From Batkoa obscura (taxonomy: Eukaryota): DNA of 64,000 nucleotides. The notes beneath the pieces were generated by a model. The model worked only from the letters and a program-made list of their open reading frames with translations, searched no databases and was not told the DNA's origin. Where the stretch lies: positions 992,001-1,056,000 of the forward strand of contig JASVEC010000012.1 in assembly GCA_030770535.1 (NCBI GenBank), given 5' to 3'. Each line of letters begins with the position of its first letter. The stretch's first letter is position 1. The position numbers were made by a program, and so were the translations under genes. Shown here piece by piece: positions 59,132-64,000 of this stretch.

Positions 59132-60240
59132 ATGAGTTTATTAAATACATTGGATACTATTACTTCAAGCAATAATGTTGTATCAGCATACAACGATGCC
59201 CCAGTAGACTATTTAATTAAAGTAGTAGATTTAGCTTTAACTGCTAACAAAGCAGTCTTCAATGTTATAGAAGCCAAAGTTAACGTATGGATGCCAACAT
59301 TGATGATAAACTTAAGAGAACAGGTCTCTAATTTAATCTCACCAATAAGTAAATACTTGCCATTGTTAGATCCTATCGAAGTGTTTTCTATCTTGTTTTT
59401 ATATATCTTTGTTGTGTTTTTTTGGCTCAAAGTAGCTTCTAGCTTCCTCCCACGTTTCGAAGTAAGATTATTTTCCCTTTTCCATAATTTCTGTATGGTC
59501 GTTTTATCCGCCTATATGTGCTCTTCCATCCTATTACAAGCTTATGCAGATAAGTATATTCTATTCACTAACCCCGTCGATCACTCTCCAAATGGTATTC
59601 CAGTAAGTTGTTATTTTATTGTTATTTATGTTGATACTATAGAATAATTGCTATTACATAATGTCTATTACTACTATAATTACTATTATATCAATTTATA
59701 CTTACGTTTTATTTTAATTAGATGGCTAAAATAATATGGTTATTTTATATTTCCAAAATCCCAGAGTTCGTTGACACTATGATCATGTTGGTTAAACAAA
59801 ACTACCGCCAAATCTCCTTTTTACATGTCTACCATCATAGTTCGATCTTTGCTATTTGGTGGATTGTTACCTTGATGGCACCAAATGGTGATGCTTATTT
59901 CTCAGCTGCATTGAACTCATTTATTCATGTTGTTATGTACGGATATTATTTACTCTCTGCACTTGGATTCAAATCCGTCTCCTTTGTTAAGAAATATATT
60001 ACTATGGGACAAATGACTCAATTTGCACTCAACTTTGTTCAAGCTAGTTATAATATTGTAGACAGAAATTACTTACGTCCACAAGTCCATGAGCAAGGAT
60101 TAGCCTATCCTTATGCTCTTTCCGTTTTACTTTGGTTCTATATGATCTCTATGTTGGTGTTATTCGCTAACTTTTATATTCAAGATCGTATCCGTCAATC
60201 AAAGTTAAAGTCTCAACAAAAGGGAAAGAAAATGAATTAG
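59132..60240 (+). CDS. GNS1/ELO-family fatty acid elongase, PUFA (delta-6-type) elongase-like; intron about 59603-59721
   Basis: SKIPEFVDT, QISFLHVYHH, NSFIHVVMYGYY, KKYITMGQMTQF, LFANFY; C-terminal lysines. Confidence 0.93.
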
Positions 60241-60830
60241 TATATAAAATGTTATTGTTATAAATAAAATAAAAAATTTAATTGAAAGTTATGTTCTATT
60301 TTTCTCCAATGTTATACTTTTTTATATACTACTTTTAATAATTAGCAAATAAAGAAATCATTAGCTTAAAAAAGGGCGTGTTTAGATAGTATGTGGGATA
60401 CTTTTCGAAGAATAGTAGGCCCCAAAGTAATTCAGTAAAAGCGCTGTAAAATAAAACAATTGCTATTGTAATTGACTGTATTTTTCGAGTTTGGCTATTT
60501 TATTTAGTTTAAAACATAATTCGAAAACAAAAAATTTCTACATTAATTAATCTTATGTATTATTTTTATTTAATTAAACGCTATTCTAGAAAACTATACA
60601 ACTTTAAATAGAAAGTTGAAGTTTTGGGATTTTAATCCAATTTTGGAAATAAATCAAAGCAACCAACTCTATCATTTTATTTGGAGCATACTATTCTTCA
60701 GAAAGTATTTCACATACTACTTAGAAGTTCTTTTAAAAAAATTACTAATGAAAAAAACTTAGCCACACTACACTTTAATGAAAATTTAAAAAAGCAAAAA
60801 TTATCTTTTTACTTAAAAACAATCGATTTA

Positions 60831-61524
60831 ATGATAGAAAATAATAAAAATTCAAAACTAAAAATAAGTCAAAATAAAGATAAATTATATGATAAAGAGG
60901 AATTTGAAACGATAGAAATAAAAAGAACCCAACAAAAGAAGGATACACAAGCGTTGAACATTAGTATTAATAAGCATAGTTTGTATGACGAAGAGGAAAT
61001 CAAAGCCTTAGAAACTAAGAAGCAAAAAGAGTTTGACAAAGTAGAAAAAATAACATGCAAAGTATGTAATATACTAGTTGAAAAGGACTATTATGCAAAA
61101 CATATAGTAGGTATTGCCCATAATTTGGAAATGGAATCCATCAAGGCTCCAAAGAATTTATTTATTAAAGCGGTAAGTTTCATCATTGTTTTTTTAAAAT
61201 CGTTTATTTACTTGCTTTAGAATAATATAGGCTATAAACTATTAAAAAAGAATGGTTGGAAGTATGATAAAGGACTAGGTGTAAACGAACAAGGGATAAG
61301 AGAGCCTATTAAACCAAAGATTAAAAAGGATAGACTAGGAATTGGAGCTGGTAAAAGTAAAAATGAAGTGTTAAAACCAAAGGTAAACTACAGTTATTTG
61401 TAAACAATATAAGATTATAATCATTAACGAATAGATTAACCGATTAACTCAAAGAGAAGTAGTTAAAGCTGAGGAAATGGAAAGAATGAAAAGAATTAGA
61501 ATATTAAATTATCTAAATAATTAA
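60831..61524 (+). CDS. Zinc-finger plus G-patch domain protein (GPANK1 C-terminus-like)
   Basis: CKVC..KHIVGIAH, then NIGYKLLKKNGW..KGLG..EQG..EPI..KDRLGIG; start codon uncertain. Confidence 0.8.
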
Positions 61525-61568
61525 AAAGAATCAAAGCTAGTTGATACTAAGTCTATTTAGATTTATTT

Positions 61569-62478
61569 TTAAAATTCCAAAGTTTGCTTTTTAAGTAAAG
61601 CTTTCATCCCAGGCGCAATTCTAGGTTCTCCTTGAGCATCTTTAACATAGCGGAAAGGCATAATTGTGGATTCACTATAAATAGGTCAACATGCTAATAA
61701 AATGGGTAATTATAGTAGTTATTTTACTTTTTGTTAAATTTAATCTCTGGATTATCTGCAAATTGAATATCATTAAATTTGATCTTATCTTCTAATATCA
61801 GTTTTGTGGTTAAAACAGCATGGTCCGTAGTCATCTGTTCTTTCCCAAGGTTACGAGCTAGTAATAAATATTATTGAATTAGTCTTAATAAAATTAATAG
61901 TCTAAATTACATTTGAAGCCTAATTTTCTTAATTCTATAGTACGATCCCTATATAAAGTTAATTCAAAAATACAATTAGCTGATAATTGTTTTTTACTTA
62001 CTTTACAATGCAATCTATTGCCTCAGTATCTTCATCACCTAATCAATTATTAGAATCTTTTGATATTGTTTTGACTTGATTTCTTTACCTAAAATGCCAC
62101 CAAACAAAACATAGTCAAACTCACTTACATCTTCTGGTGATAACACTTTATCGGATTCTTGATCCAACAAACAGATCTAAGAGGCCAAAGTTAATTCTAT
62201 AAATATACTAAATCATCCCAAAAATACCCTATCAAATGGTAAACCGAGATCTAAAATATCTTTTTGGGAACATAACTCCTTCGATACATTCTTAGGCATG
62301 TCTTTGATATGTTCTTGTGGTACCTTTGTAAAGAGTAAGTTGTCTTTACCTACAACTTGACTCATGTGTGAATATTCTAGTTGGCACCTTGGGTTTTCGT
62401 TAGTTGATTTTCATAGGAGATTAATATTGTTTACCATTCGTAGACCTCTTCTTCCATGTGCTCAACAATATACTTCAT
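61569..62478 (-). CDS. SFM1: SPOUT-family protein arginine methyltransferase SFM1-like
   Basis: MKYIVEHME..W..LEY, ICLLD, FDYVLFGGILGD, DRT.ELR, LGKEQMTTDHAV, MPFRY. Confidence 0.88.
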
Positions 62479-62758
62479 TTTGACTTTGATTGGAAAAAAA
62501 ATTAAAGAAAAAAAGAAAAAATCAATAAAATCAATAAAAATGAAAAATATAAAATAAAAGAATATAAAGAATTGTATACTTTGCCACTTTAGTAAGCAAA
62601 ATCCCATATTTTTTAACTTACTATTATTATTATTTTAACAATATAAATAAAACAAAATCATCAAAATTTAAAATTTGATTTAAAATCAACAATTAAATAA
62701 TTCATCTATTATATTTTATTTTATCCTTAAACAAGTAACCCTCACTATCATCAATCCT

Positions 62759-63145
62759 TTAAATAACCTTAGGAGCTAATGAAAGTACTTTAAGCCATTG
62801 TTTTTGACGCAACTCGTTAGCGACTAAACCTAATACACGGGTACCAAGGGGCTGTTGAGAAGCGTTAAGTAAGACACAAGCGTTATCATCAAAACGGATA
62901 TATCTACCATCAGCTCTACGGATTTCTTTCTTACATCTAACGATTACTGCTCTTTTAACATCTCCTTTTTTAACTTTAGTAATAGTATTTCCTCTTTCTG
63001 TATTGATTGGTTTAGCTTTCTTAACAGCTACTACAATCTCATCACCGACGCTAGCTACTTTTCCATTGCGTAATACTTTGATGCATTCGACAAAGATAGC
63101 CCCTGAATTGTCTATAACGTTAAGGATACTTTTTAGTTGGATCAT
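62759..63145 (-). CDS. MRPL38: Mitochondrial ribosomal protein uL14m
   Basis: [44 protein letters not shown]. Confidence 0.93.
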   Translation of the reverse strand: MIQLKSILNVIDNSGAIFVECIKVLRNGKVASVGDEIVVAVKKAKPINTERGNTITKVKKGDVKRAVIVRCKKEIRRADGRYIRFDDNACVLLNASQQPLGTRVLGLVANELRQKQWLKVLSLAPKVI

Positions 63146-63315
63146 TTTTTTATTTTTTGTTTTAAAAGTTAAAAACTAGTTAAAAGGTTTGAAAATTAAA
63201 AGCTTCGAGAGTTTTATTTTAACCAATCATTTGCAAGTTAAAATCTGATATATTTTGAAAGTATAAACAAATGTAAACAAAAGTAGTCTGTATTAAACAA
63301 TAAAAATTAATCAAT

Positions 63316-64000
63316 TTATTCTTTTGGTCCAATCATATCTTCTGGACGTACATAACGTTCAAACTCTTCTTCATTGAGTACACCTAATGAGATAGCAGCT
63401 TCTTTAAGAGTAGTACCTTCTTTATGGGCCTTTTTAGCGGTTTTAGCAGCATCTAAAAAAACGATCATTAATACCACACTAACAAGCCAGTTATAAAAAA
63501 CTTACTATCATAACCGATATGGGGATTTAAAGCAGTAACCAACATTAAAGACTTATTCATAATCTCCTTGATCTTTTCTTCATTGGCTTTAATACCAACA
63601 ACACAGTTCTTAGTGAAGGAAACTGAAGCATCAGCGATCAAACGAATGGATCTTAATACGTTAGCAGCCATTACTGGTTTGAATACATTTAATTCAAAGT
63701 GTCCAGTAGCTCCACCCACTGTTACAGCTACATGGTTACCCATGACTTGGGCACACACCATGGTCATGGCTTCACATTGAGTTGGGTTGACCTTACCAGG
63801 CATGATGGAAGATCCTGGTTCATTTTCTGGTAAACTGAGTTCACCTAAACCACATCTTGGGCCAGAACCTAAGAAACGGATATCATTGGCAACTTTCATT
63901 AATGAAGCAGCAATGGTGTTGAGAGCACCACTGGCTTCTACTAAAGCATCATGAGCGGCAAGGGCTTCAAATTTATTTGGGGCAGTTTTGAATGGTAAGT
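63316..64000 (-). CDS. FUM1: Fumarate hydratase, 3' part (runs off the window)
   Basis: [24 protein letters not shown], signature [30 protein letters not shown]. Confidence 0.97.

Overview
Very AT-rich, gene-dense eukaryotic DNA with many short GT-AG introns (mostly about 40-60 nt). Gene content and style point to an early-diverging fungus, plausibly Entomophthorales/Conidiobolus-like (inference). It holds about 24 protein-coding genes (RAD2/XPG, Zn2Cys6 TF, SET-MYND, CHL1, divergent SEC24, CDC50, CIA30, alkenal reductase, NADH kinase, M6P-receptor-like, YqjM-type OYE, MVD1, SNAPC1-like, SIW14, WDR6/TRM734, SLD5, GAL7, hotdog thioesterases, PUFA elongase, G-patch protein, SFM1, uL14m, 3' end of FUM1), two tRNA genes and several pseudogenes. 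Most notable: (1) a near-identical inverted duplication of RAD2 (>=3.8 kb, about 37 kb apart); the left copy has a 157-bp microhomology-bounded deletion, and the last codons of the two copies are old, synonymously diverged homologues, suggesting gene conversion between older paralogues; (2) eleven copies of a ~99-bp MITE with GGGG..CCCC-type ends and AWWT target duplications, including a nested and a back-to-back insertion; (3) a tandem pair of LINE-ORF1-like genes with no ORF2; (4) a tandem thioesterase triplet with diverged catalytic and PTS1 motifs beside the elongase. Exon boundaries were read by eye and are approximate.
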